DNA from: a virus
Taxonomy: Duplodnaviria > Caudoviricetes
DNA length: 38,979 nt
Direction: 5' to 3' (one strand)
IMG/VR virus record: IMGVR_UViG_3300037502_002406
Location: 1-38,979 of that record
Shown: in pieces, positions 1 to 8,597 of the stretch
How the letters are laid out: each line of letters opens with the position of its first letter
Numbering within the stretch: position 1 is the stretch's first letter
Position numbers and translations under genes: made by a program
The notes under the pieces: generated by a model
Databases searched by the model: none
The model's input: the letters and a program-made list of their open reading frames with translations, nothing else
Told to the model about the DNA's origin: nothing

Positions 1-28
1 GGATGTGCTTGTCTGTCAGCATCAGTGG
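1..28 (+). repeat. Terminal direct overlap (copy 1), identical to 38952-38979; indicates a circular/complete genome
   Basis: GGATGTGCTTGTCTGTCAGCATCAGTGG is present at both ends, and the reading frame continues across the join. Confidence 0.95.
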
Positions 29-385
29 CAAGGGGAAGAGACGACCAAGTTCTTGGGCACCACGCAGACGGCGTATGAGCGCAAATGCTGGTCGAGCCTG
101 ATGCTCTTCAACAACGAACGCTGCCGGGCGCTGAATCCCGCCTACATCGATCAGGCCCCCGGACTTGATCTGCACCAGTTCAAGTGGACGCAAAGCATCG
201 GTGCTCTGCCTATCGAATGGAATCACCTGGTTGATGTGTACCCCTATGACCCGGGGGCGAAGATGGTGCATTTCACAAAAGGCGGGCCGTGGCTTCGTGA
301 CTACCGTGACTGTGACTATGCGGACGAATGGCACGCGCAACGCGCGAAGACGGTTTACAGCAAGGATCTGGTAAAATACGCATGA
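2..385 (+). CDS. GT-A fold (GT8-like) glycosyltransferase, C-terminal part (gene starts at 38665 and spans the junction)
   Basis: In frame with the 38665 ORF. Contains RKCWSSLMLFN, LHQFKW, IGALPIEWNHL and VHFTKGGPW, typical of this nucleotide-sugar transferase family. Confidence 0.88.
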   Translation, partial: DVLVCQHQWQGEETTKFLGTTQTAYERKCWSSLMLFNNERCRALNPAYIDQAPGLDLHQFKWTQSIGALPIEWNHLVDVYPYDPGAKMVHFTKGGPWLRDYRDCDYADEWHAQRAKTVYSKDLVKYA

Positions 386-531
386 CCCAGCACGCCGCGC
401 CGAAAGGTGTTTGTCCTAAGTGCCAGCAAAAGATTGGCCGGGGCATCGCAGCACACATGAGAGCGTGCAATGTCAAAACACCGCCCAGCCCGTTTCCGGG
501 CCGACGACGCAATCGAAACGCTTATCGGTGA
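382..531 (+). CDS. Small basic zinc-finger-like protein (49 aa)
   Basis: ATGA overlap with the upstream stop; CPKC...HMRAC pattern. Confidence 0.6.
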   Translation: MTQHAAPKGVCPKCQQKIGRGIAAHMRACNVKTPPSPFPGRRRNRNAYR

Positions 532-537
532 AGCCTC

Positions 538-1149
538 ATGGCGACACTGAGCGTGATGGTGTCGCGCATTCTGGATGAGTTGAATCGCACCGATTTGACG
601 GCGCAGGCCACGCTGGCGGTGAAGTCGGCGATTGAAGCTTATGCGAACGAATCGTGGGGCTTCAACGAAACGCAGACGGCCATTCCCTGCGTCATCAACC
701 AATACGCCTACACGCTGCCGAGTGACTTTCGGCACGAAATCTTTATCGGCGTCGATTACCTGAACCGACGTTATCGCTGTGACAAGCAGGACTACGCCTG
801 CTGGCAGGGGCGCTTCGATCCCACGGTGAAAGGGGTGCCGGATGAGTTTGTGATCTTCTCGGATCAGATCAACCTGTACCCCATCCCGGATCGCTCGCTC
901 ACGCTTCGCCTGTCCTACGTGCAGACCCTGCCGGAACTGTCCGATGCCGGCTCGAACGGCTACACGAATGAACTGGAAGAAATGATCCGCATGCGCGCCG
1001 AAGGCGATCTGCTGGCGAACGTGATCCGGGGGCAGGAAGCCTTACAGGAATCGCAACTGAAGGCGCAGCGTGAGCGGGATGCGTATCTGCGGGCACGGTA
1101 TCGCCGCGTGAAGACCACGACCAACGGGCTGAAGAGGTCCGGCTTATGA
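538..1149 (+). CDS. Head-tail adaptor (podovirus gp11/gp4-type)
   Basis: About 200 aa; helical N-terminus, W-x-F-N, Y-x-LPSDF and I-x-LYP-x-PD motifs; lies after the capsid module and before the nozzle. Confidence 0.75.
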   Translation: MATLSVMVSRILDELNRTDLTAQATLAVKSAIEAYANESWGFNETQTAIPCVINQYAYTLPSDFRHEIFIGVDYLNRRYRCDKQDYACWQGRFDPTVKGVPDEFVIFSDQINLYPIPDRSLTLRLSYVQTLPELSDAGSNGYTNELEEMIRMRAEGDLLANVIRGQEALQESQLKAQRERDAYLRARYRRVKTTTNGLKRSGL

Positions 1150-1676
1150 CCCAGTACATCGGCGACATCAACGCCGCCACCCCGGACAACGCGGACTACC
1201 TGTCTCAAGGGGCAGGGGAAATCCGCACGCTGAAGAGCCAGGTGCTGAGTTCGTTCCCCAAGGTCCGGGGCGAAGTGTCCGCATCGGCATCGGAACTGAA
1301 TCTGCTGGTGGGCATTACCGGTGGACTGGTGGGCACAGGGGGCGGGTCAATCTCGGGCACGATGACCTTCGGGTCGGTGGTGAACCTGAATTCGGACGTG
1401 TCCGTGAGCGGTGGCTTCGCCGTGGTTGGCACCAGTCAGTTCAAGGCCGATGTCACGGTCTCGGGGACGCTGGTGTGCAAGACCGCATCAAAGTTTGAAG
1501 GCACGGCAGTGTTTTCGGTCGCCCCAAAACTTCCGTCGCCCACGGCCACCGATCACGCAACCCCGAAATCGTATGTGGATGCCGCCGTGCTCGGCGGCGG
1601 TGATCCGTCTGCCGTGGATGTCTCACGCTTCAAGGCCGCGAACATGAAAATCTTCTTCTTCGGACAGCTGGGGTAG
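1146..1676 (+). CDS. Tail fiber/needle-like virion protein
   Basis: G/S/T/V-rich beta-repeat region and DHATPKSYVD motif common in tail fibers; ATGA-coupled. Confidence 0.6.
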   Translation: MTQYIGDINAATPDNADYLSQGAGEIRTLKSQVLSSFPKVRGEVSASASELNLLVGITGGLVGTGGGSISGTMTFGSVVNLNSDVSVSGGFAVVGTSQFKADVTVSGTLVCKTASKFEGTAVFSVAPKLPSPTATDHATPKSYVDAAVLGGGDPSAVDVSRFKAANMKIFFFGQLG

Positions 1677-1680
1677 CAGC

Positions 1681-2001
1681 ATGGCGACAGGATTCCAATT
1701 TGCCGGCGAGATCAGCCAATCGGCCCCGGAAGTCATCTACACCCCCGGGGCCAATATCAACGGCGTGTGCAACGTGAACTTCGTGAACAAGGGGTCCACC
1801 AGTGTGGCGATCCGCTTGGGATACGCCGCGAGCGCCACCACAAGCGCTGTGGCGCATCTCGAGTTCAACCGCACCCTGGGGGCCGGGAAGAGCTTTGAGC
1901 GCACCGCCATCGCGCTCACAGGCACGCAGACGCTGATTGCCGAAGTGGGCACAGCGAGCGCGGTCGACGTCACCTGCTGGTCAGTCGAGAGCACACTCTG
2001 A
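1681..2001 (+). CDS. Putative virion structural protein
   Basis: Beta-rich 106-aa ORF in the tail module. Confidence 0.5.
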   Translation: MATGFQFAGEISQSAPEVIYTPGANINGVCNVNFVNKGSTSVAIRLGYAASATTSAVAHLEFNRTLGAGKSFERTAIALTGTQTLIAEVGTASAVDVTCWSVESTL

Positions 2002-2435
2002 TGGGCATGACACGCGATACCAACGACATCCTGAACCGTCCGCCGGTTGCCATCAACACCCGACAGGCAGCGTATGTCTACAGCAGCAGCACGATCACGC
2101 AAAGCGCCACGGCGAGCCTGACCGCCATTTCAATTCAGGGCCCGGGCGTGGTGTCGATGTTCTATCTGCAAGTCGGTGCCCCACAGTCGGGGCGGGTGCG
2201 AGCGATCATTGATGGCACTACCGCGTTTTCCGTGAGTGCATCAAACATCACGACAGTCGGCGTGCCCAATGGGCTCAGCGTTATCGGGGGGTGGCACTCA
2301 AACGGAAGCGGCGCGGCACTTCCAGTGATCGATCAGGTGCCGTTTGAGCAAAACTTTGCCGTGATGTACGAATTCCCGAATCACAGTTCGAACTATGCCG
2401 TCACGATCATTTACGCGTACAGGCTTACCGAATGA
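2001..2435 (+). CDS. Putative virion structural protein
   Basis: TGATG overlap; beta-rich 144 aa. Confidence 0.5.
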   Translation: MGMTRDTNDILNRPPVAINTRQAAYVYSSSTITQSATASLTAISIQGPGVVSMFYLQVGAPQSGRVRAIIDGTTAFSVSASNITTVGVPNGLSVIGGWHSNGSGAALPVIDQVPFEQNFAVMYEFPNHSSNYAVTIIYAYRLTE

Positions 2436-2719
2436 AAACGATCACTTCGCAAAACGGTCGCCGGATCGCAATTCGTGGCACCCCGACAACGCCTGCCAAG
2501 CAGGTTGTGTCGCGGGAAGAATTGTGGAACGCGCTCACGGACGCTGAGCGCGAAGCCATGGCGATCAGCACGAACGCCAAAGTGCAGGCTTTCATTGTCG
2601 GGATGCTGATGACGGGGGCGATTCCCTGTCACTGCTTCGATGATCGACTGAAGTGCCTGTCGGACAGCGGCGTGTTGACAACCCAGCGCCGGGCGGAACT
2701 GGTCAATGCCCTGGGTTGA
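2432..2719 (+). CDS. Hypothetical protein (possible fiber-assembly chaperone)
   Basis: ATGA overlap; helical 95 aa following fiber-like genes. Confidence 0.45.
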   Translation: MKTITSQNGRRIAIRGTPTTPAKQVVSREELWNALTDAEREAMAISTNAKVQAFIVGMLMTGAIPCHCFDDRLKCLSDSGVLTTQRRAELVNALG

Positions 2720-4289
2720 ATTCCACAACTGCGGGGCGGCGGGGATCATCCGCGACACGCCCCCGCACGAACTGGCACCCGAAGCGTGGTCGAACGGGCG
2801 GAACGTGCGCTTCCGTGATGACAAGGTGGAACAGGCCCCGGGCTGGCTGAACTTCGACAGCAGCATCAGCGGTTCCCCCACCTACGTCTTCGCGGTTCCC
2901 CGGCAGGGAACGTCGGCGGATATGTGGGTGTATTGCGGAAACACGGACGTCTGGGCCTACGACGGGTCGGCCAATCACAAGATCACCGCATCCAGCATTT
3001 CCGCGACCGGACAGAATACGTGGACCAGCACGCTGTTGAGCGGTGTAGCGGTCGTCAACTACGGGAACGGGAAGCCGCTGTACTGGACCTTCCCCCCCAA
3101 CACGGCCACCACCCTGACGGCGCTGCCGGACTGGTCCGCCAGTTGGACGTGCAAAGCGCTTCGCACGTACAAGAATTACTTGGTCGCGCTGAACATGACG
3201 GAATCGGGAACGCTCTACCCGTTCCGCATCCGGTGGTCGCACGCTGCCACCAGCGGGGCCGTTCCCACGTCGTGGAATGCGGCGGACACGACGAAAGACG
3301 CGGGCTTCACCGACCTGATCGAAGGCGGGGACGCGATTGTCGACGGGCTGGCCTTGGGCGATCAGTTCCTGATCTACAAGGAAACCAGCACATGGTCCAT
3401 GCGCTACGTGGCCGGGCAGTTCATCTTTGGCTTCTCGCAGGTCTATCCCGACATCGGGCTGATGTCCCGAAACGCCATTGCGCCGATTGGCCGACAGCAC
3501 CTGATTGTCAGCCAGCAAGACATTTACGTCCATGACGGGGTGAGCGAGCCCCAAGCGCTGCTGCCCGCGCGGTTACGCCGGTACTGGTTGCAGGATCTGG
3601 ATCGCACCCACCGGGACAAGGTGTTCGTGGTCCCCAATAAACACCGACGCGAAGTCTGGGTCTGCTACCCGGATAACGCATCGGGCCGGGTGATCAAGGC
3701 GCTGGTCTGGTCCTACGAAAACAACACGTGGTCCATCCGGGATCTGCCCGCGTGTACCGCGATGGGGTTTGGCGGCACGTACTTCTCGAGCACCACCAGC
3801 ACATGGGGTGGGGTAAGTGGCGCATGGACGGACGTTTATGACAGTTGGGACGAAGCGGGTGCCTTGAACGAATTCCGCGTGATCGCGGCATCGAACGAAG
3901 ACCGCAAGCTGTACCTGATGGACGAAGGCTACAAGGCCGGGGAAGGGCCGTACACCAGTTGGATCGAGCGCCGGGCGTTGCCGCTCTTTGGCGCATCCCG
4001 ACGGGGGGAACCGAAGCCGCTGCACCACGCGGTGAAGCAGGTGCGATCCGTCTGGCCCCGCATGACGATTCGCAAAGCCGGGTCGGTGAACATCTACGTG
4101 GGCTATCAAGATGACCCGCTGGACACCCCGGTCTATTCGGGGCCGTTTCCCTTCAACCCGGCGAATCAGCGAAAGATCGACTGCCGAGTCACGGGGCGGT
4201 TCATCGCGATCAAGTTTGAAAGCAACTCGGATCTCGGATGGCGCTTGGATTCATTCGGCGTGGAAGCCGACATCGTGGGGCGCTACTGA
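2706..4289 (+). CDS. Tail nozzle / packaged-DNA stabilization protein (P22 gp10 / T7 gp12-like)
   Basis: 527 aa, Trp-rich with beta-propeller-like composition; N-terminal NVRFRD, central RIRWS and C-terminal GRFIAIKF motifs. Confidence 0.78.
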   Translation: MPWVEFHNCGAAGIIRDTPPHELAPEAWSNGRNVRFRDDKVEQAPGWLNFDSSISGSPTYVFAVPRQGTSADMWVYCGNTDVWAYDGSANHKITASSISATGQNTWTSTLLSGVAVVNYGNGKPLYWTFPPNTATTLTALPDWSASWTCKALRTYKNYLVALNMTESGTLYPFRIRWSHAATSGAVPTSWNAADTTKDAGFTDLIEGGDAIVDGLALGDQFLIYKETSTWSMRYVAGQFIFGFSQVYPDIGLMSRNAIAPIGRQHLIVSQQDIYVHDGVSEPQALLPARLRRYWLQDLDRTHRDKVFVVPNKHRREVWVCYPDNASGRVIKALVWSYENNTWSIRDLPACTAMGFGGTYFSSTTSTWGGVSGAWTDVYDSWDEAGALNEFRVIAASNEDRKLYLMDEGYKAGEGPYTSWIERRALPLFGASRRGEPKPLHHAVKQVRSVWPRMTIRKAGSVNIYVGYQDDPLDTPVYSGPFPFNPANQRKIDCRVTGRFIAIKFESNSDLGWRLDSFGVEADIVGRY

Positions 4290-4516
4290 TGCTGACCCTT
4301 CCGTTGATTCCACAAACCTACGATGCGAGAGCGATCTCGGAAGCCTTCACGCGCATCGAAAACCAAGCGAACAGCATCCTGACCTTGGAAGTTTTCAGGG
4401 CAGAACCCGCCAAACCGCGAACCGGGATGGTGGTCATCGCCGACGGCACAAACTGGGACCCCGGTAGCGGTACTGGGGCCTATGTATACATTTCATCCTG
4501 GCGGCGGATCGACTGA
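4289..4516 (+). CDS. Small tail-associated hypothetical protein (75 aa)
   Basis: TGATG coupling at both ends; ADGTNWDPGSGTG...Y...W motif. Confidence 0.6.
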   Translation: MLTLPLIPQTYDARAISEAFTRIENQANSILTLEVFRAEPAKPRTGMVVIADGTNWDPGSGTGAYVYISSWRRID

Positions 4517-4851
4517 TGGAAGTCTCACATGAAGCGATTTACGAGCGGATCAACCAAGCGGAAGGGCGAATCGTGGAATCGGAACGACGTGTGATGACAT
4601 TGGTGAAGTGGCTGGCGGGGGGATTTGCGGCAGCGGCGTTCTCAGCGCTCACATGGGGCGTGCAGGAACGTCAGTCGCAGATCCAGACCAACGCTGAGAA
4701 CTCGCGGGTCTACGGGACGGCGATTGCCCGTCAGGAAGAAATCAAGGAACGGCTGGACAGTCTGGGCCAGTTGATCACGTCGGAATCTCAGCTGACGCGG
4801 GAAAAGATCACGGCACACGTTTCCGACAAGAACGCGCACGGGAGAAAGTGA
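4516..4851 (+). CDS. Coiled-coil protein with one hydrophobic segment (possible holin/membrane protein)
   Basis: LVKWLAGGFAAAAFSALTWGV hydrophobic helix flanked by heptad-like regions. Confidence 0.5.
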   Translation: MEVSHEAIYERINQAEGRIVESERRVMTLVKWLAGGFAAAAFSALTWGVQERQSQIQTNAENSRVYGTAIARQEEIKERLDSLGQLITSESQLTREKITAHVSDKNAHGRK

Positions 4852-4852
4852 C

Positions 4853-5383
4853 ATGGGCATGTTCGATTTCCTTCTCGGCTCACAAGACGTTACGGCGTCT
4901 TCTGGTGTCTGGCCGTGGTTGACGGGTTTCGGGCAGAACCCCTACATGACCTTTACCCGCCCGAATCGCCAGACCTATCAGGGTGCGATTCCCTACAACC
5001 CGAATGCGTTTCCATCGGGGCCGTACATGTCGCCCCGGTCGATGGGCACGCAGAACCGCATGCCCTTCACCCCGAATGCGAACTGGACCCAGAACGCCAC
5101 GCAAGTCCCGAATATCGACCAGACCGTGCCGGGGCGAACGCTGACGAGCGAGCGGGTGTCGGTGGGTTCTGACATCACGCCGTTTCAACAGTTCTGGCGA
5201 TCCCTGACACCGGATCAGCGCAACGTCTACGACCCTGATCGAATGGGGCAGATGAACCTGACGGCAGAGCAGCAGCGGCTGTTCGGTGAACTGCAGGGCG
5301 CGCGACAGCAGCCGGCATCGAACACAGGGATGTTCGGTCGGATCAATCCGATCATGCTGGCATTGATGATGCGGGGGCGATGA
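4853..5383 (+). CDS. Putative ejection/internal virion protein
   Basis: MGMFDFLLG N-terminus, P/Q/N/M-rich; position after the nozzle. Confidence 0.55.
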   Translation: MGMFDFLLGSQDVTASSGVWPWLTGFGQNPYMTFTRPNRQTYQGAIPYNPNAFPSGPYMSPRSMGTQNRMPFTPNANWTQNATQVPNIDQTVPGRTLTSERVSVGSDITPFQQFWRSLTPDQRNVYDPDRMGQMNLTAEQQRLFGELQGARQQPASNTGMFGRINPIMLALMMRGR

Positions 5384-5384
5384 T

Positions 5385-7406
5385 ATGGCGACATCAGCGC
5401 AGTGGCAGGCGTTCTGGGATTCGCTGACGCCTGCACAGAAGCAGAAGTATCAACCCGGCAAGATCAACAGCCTGAACCTGACGGGCAGCCAGCGCGCGCT
5501 GTGGGATCAGGTGATGTTCAATCGCGGCGCTACATCCACGACAAACACCAACACCAACACCGGCACCAACACAGGAACAAACACCGGGGCCAACACCGGC
5601 ACCAACACCGGGACAAACACGAACACCAACACGAACACCAATACCGGCACGAACACCAATACCAACACCAACACCAACACCAACACCAACACGAACACAG
5701 CTGCAGGCGGACTCACCCCTGAACAGCAGGCCTACCTTCAGCAAATAATGGGCGGCGGGATGCTGGGCGGGGTGAACCCCTACGTCTATGCGGGGCCACA
5801 GGTCACGGGCGGGGCTTACAACGCATCGCTTTGGCAACCTGGACCGGGGGTAAACGTCCCCGGTGGCGCGGCTGGGTATCGCGGGGGCTTTGATTACACC
5901 CCGCAATATCGGGCCGACAACTCGATCTTCACTCGCCCGACAAACGAGTCGTGGCTGCCGGGGATGATGCCTACCTTGGTCGCCCAGATCATGCAGGGCG
6001 TCCCCGAATACTATCCCTACTTCGATGTCGCGCCGAAGACCGACGCACAGATCCTGGCGGATGAAGCCTATTACGCCTTGGGTCAGGACGGCGTACTGCC
6101 CGGGATGATGTTGGGCAGCCTTCAAGACCTGATGGGCGGCTTCCAGAATTTCGGGGTAGATGGCACCACAGAACTGCTCGCACAAATGCTGTCAGACCCG
6201 TCGATGCTGCCCGGCGGGGACTTCGCGCAGTTGGGAATGAACGCCGCGCAGCAAGGCATGCCGATGTTCGGCGACCAAATTGCGATGATGCAGCAGGGGA
6301 TCGATCCCTTCATCAACGACCGGCTGAGCTACTTCGCGAACGAAGGCGCGTGGGATCACGCCATCAAGCCCGCGAACCGAATGATCGATCTTGGCGAAGA
6401 CGCCACGGGCTTTGCACGCAATCTCATGTCGGGTGGCCCGCAGTTCGATTACGGCTTCAACAACTTCGGCCTGACGGACTTCATGGGCGGTTACCGCTCG
6501 AGCCCGTACACGGAATCGGTGATCAGCGGCTTGCAGTCAGATGCTCAGCGCTTCCTGGGCGAAAACGCCCTTCGCCGGGATCGCGAACAAGCGATCCAGA
6601 CCGGGCAGTACGGGGGCTCGCGGGGCGAGATCGCCGAAGGCATTTCGGAACGCGGTGTCGGGGAAGAATTCCTGCAGCAAGCCGCTGCACTTCGGGATCA
6701 GGACTACGCCCGTTATCTGTCGAACAAACTGCAGGCGGGCCAACAGCTCACCAGCGCAGACATCCAAGCCCAGCAGGTGGGTGCGCAGCGGGGCGGCATT
6801 GGGGCCGACTACGGCATCAATGTCGGCAACCTGATGAACCAACTGATCGGAACGGGCGGTCAGATCGGTTCGACGTATGCGGGCTTGGTGGGCGACATCG
6901 AAGCATCGCGCATGGGTCAGGGGATCGGGCAGCAGGGCAACACGGCGAATGCCATTGCGAACTACCTGCAAGCGGGACAGGGAATGTACGGCGCGGGCTG
7001 GGATTCGCTGCTGGGTCTGGGAACTCTTGGGACGCAGCTGGGCCAGGTGGGCAATCAGGCCAACCAGATCAACCAGCAGGGCCTGCAGATGGGCATGGAA
7101 GGCATCCCGGCCCTGTTCGCCATGATGATGGGGCAGGGCGATCTGCTGCGAAACATCGGCACGCGGGATCAGGCGCTCAATCAGAGGTTCATCGATTCGG
7201 ACGTGAACCGCTGGAACTACCAGCAGAACGCCCCGATGGATCTGATCAACAACTGGGCGAACATCCTGAACGGCGTGCAGGCGACACCGAATCAGACGCA
7301 GACGAAGAACCAGTTGGGGGCGCTGGACTATGCGCTTGCATTCGCTGGCGGCGGGGACGACAGCCCACTCAGCGCGATTGCAAAGATATTCGGCGGCAGA
7401 TCATAA
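5385..7406 (+). CDS. Ejection (DNA-transfer) protein with Thr-Asn repeat
   Basis: G/Q/M-rich 673 aa containing GQYGGSR, typical of podovirus internal proteins. Confidence 0.7.
   Translation: MATSAQWQAFWDSLTPAQKQKYQPGKINSLNLTGSQRALWDQVMFNRGATSTTNTNTNTGTNTGTNTGANTGTNTGTNTNTNTNTNTGTNTNTNTNTNTNTNTNTAAGGLTPEQQAYLQQIMGGGMLGGVNPYVYAGPQVTGGAYNASLWQPGPGVNVPGGAAGYRGGFDYTPQYRADNSIFTRPTNESWLPGMMPTLVAQIMQGVPEYYPYFDVAPKTDAQILADEAYYALGQDGVLPGMMLGSLQDLMGGFQNFGVDGTTELLAQMLSDPSMLPGGDFAQLGMNAAQQGMPMFGDQIAMMQQGIDPFINDRLSYFANEGAWDHAIKPANRMIDLGEDATGFARNLMSGGPQFDYGFNNFGLTDFMGGYRSSPYTESVISGLQSDAQRFLGENALRRDREQAIQTGQYGGSRGEIAEGISERGVGEEFLQQAAALRDQDYARYLSNKLQAGQQLTSADIQAQQVGAQRGGIGADYGINVGNLMNQLIGTGGQIGSTYAGLVGDIEASRMGQGIGQQGNTANAIANYLQAGQGMYGAGWDSLLGLGTLGTQLGQVGNQANQINQQGLQMGMEGIPALFAMMMGQGDLLRNIGTRDQALNQRFIDSDVNRWNYQQNAPMDLINNWANILNGVQATPNQTQTKNQLGALDYALAFAGGGDDSPLSAIAKIFGGRS
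5541..5699 (+). repeat. Coding tandem repeat (ACN-AAC)n / (TNTG)n, about 53 codons
   Basis: Imperfect 6- and 12-bp periodic repeat encoding TNTNTNTGTNTG... Confidence 0.95.
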
Positions 7407-7418
7407 GGGGTATACCGC

Positions 7419-8597
7419 ATGGGCATGCTCGACACACTCACAAACATCGGCGGCATGCTGGGTGGAATGGCCCCCGGCATTGCCTATTTGCAGTCGCGAA
7501 AGATGGGCGGCGACCCCATCCAAGCGTTGGCGGCGATGCAGCAGATGTCTGCCGACAAGCAGTACAAGCAGTACATCGCAGAGCAGCGCATGCGGGCGGC
7601 GGAAGAAGAAGAGCGCCGCCGCGAGCAGGCCAGACAGGCGCAGATCGCGCTCGAAGCACAGCAGGCCGCATTTGGCGAACTGGGGGCAATCCCGCCGGAA
7701 CAACGTCAAGCGTGGCTCTCAAATCCCGTGAACGCGATGCGCTTGTACGCGCCCGGCACTGACGCGGGGATGACGCAAGGCGTGTTGGGGGCGATGGCGC
7801 AGCCTGTTCGGCCCGCAGACAAGAAGATTGCCGACTACATCTCGAACAAGGACGAAAAAGTATTGGTGATGCAGACCCCTGAGGGGAACGTTTATGAAAT
7901 GGCGTCCGGCAAGGTCAGAGCCCCAGGCCCAGGGACCGTGGTGAATGTCGACGACAAGAGTCTTGACGTGGCGCGGCAGAAATTGACGGCGGATTGGGAA
8001 AACAAAATGTCGGACGAAGCCCGTTCCGCCATGAGTTATCAGCAACAGATCGCGCGCCTTGAGCCGCTACTCAATCAGATACAGACGGGCCGCTTTGCCC
8101 CCGTGAAGAGCACTCTTGGCGCAGTGCTTGAAGACTTTGGCGTCGACCCTGCGGCATTTGGGATCGACCCGAATTTGGCCCCTAGCGCGGAAGCCATCAA
8201 GTCGCTGACCAACAAGATGGCGCTTGGCAACCGGCAGGACATGCCGGGGGCGATGTCCGATGCCGACAGATCGTTCTTGGTCGAGACGGTGCCGCAACTG
8301 AAGAGTACGCCGCTCGGCAACAAGATCATCATCCAGACCGAAAAGGCGATTGCGGGTCGCAAGATCGATAAATACACGGCATGGCTTGAGTACAGCGCGG
8401 CACAGGAAGAGAAGGGGCTGATGCCCAGCAGGCAATCGTTCGAGTTGCAGTGGATGAAGGAATCCCGCGCCCGCCCGATGTTCCCTGTGCTTCCTGCCGA
8501 CCCTGCTGCAGCCACCGTGATGTATGAGCAGATGCCAGACGGAACCATCTACACACGGCCCGATGGGCGTGTGGTTGTGAAGGGGCTGACACGATGA
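7419..8597 (+). CDS. Ejection/internal virion protein
   Basis: Gly-rich N-terminus, coiled coil, PGAMSDADR motif and C-terminal GTIYTRPDG; RBS AAGGGG. Confidence 0.68.
   Translation: MGMLDTLTNIGGMLGGMAPGIAYLQSRKMGGDPIQALAAMQQMSADKQYKQYIAEQRMRAAEEEERRREQARQAQIALEAQQAAFGELGAIPPEQRQAWLSNPVNAMRLYAPGTDAGMTQGVLGAMAQPVRPADKKIADYISNKDEKVLVMQTPEGNVYEMASGKVRAPGPGTVVNVDDKSLDVARQKLTADWENKMSDEARSAMSYQQQIARLEPLLNQIQTGRFAPVKSTLGAVLEDFGVDPAAFGIDPNLAPSAEAIKSLTNKMALGNRQDMPGAMSDADRSFLVETVPQLKSTPLGNKIIIQTEKAIAGRKIDKYTAWLEYSAAQEEKGLMPSRQSFELQWMKESRARPMFPVLPADPAAATVMYEQMPDGTIYTRPDGRVVVKGLTR

Noticed and set aside
1-28. Biological terminal repeat
   Set aside because: The short exact overlap falls in mid-gene and is best explained as an assembler circularisation overlap.
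5541-5699. CRISPR array or DGR template-like AAC-rich repeat
   Set aside because: It is a short-period coding repeat with no spacers, and there is no cas gene, reverse transcriptase or TR/VR pair in the genome.
6350-7762. 470-aa alternative-frame ORF over the ejection genes
   Set aside because: Arg/Pro/Gly-rich shadow ORF typical of GC-rich DNA; no motifs or RBS.
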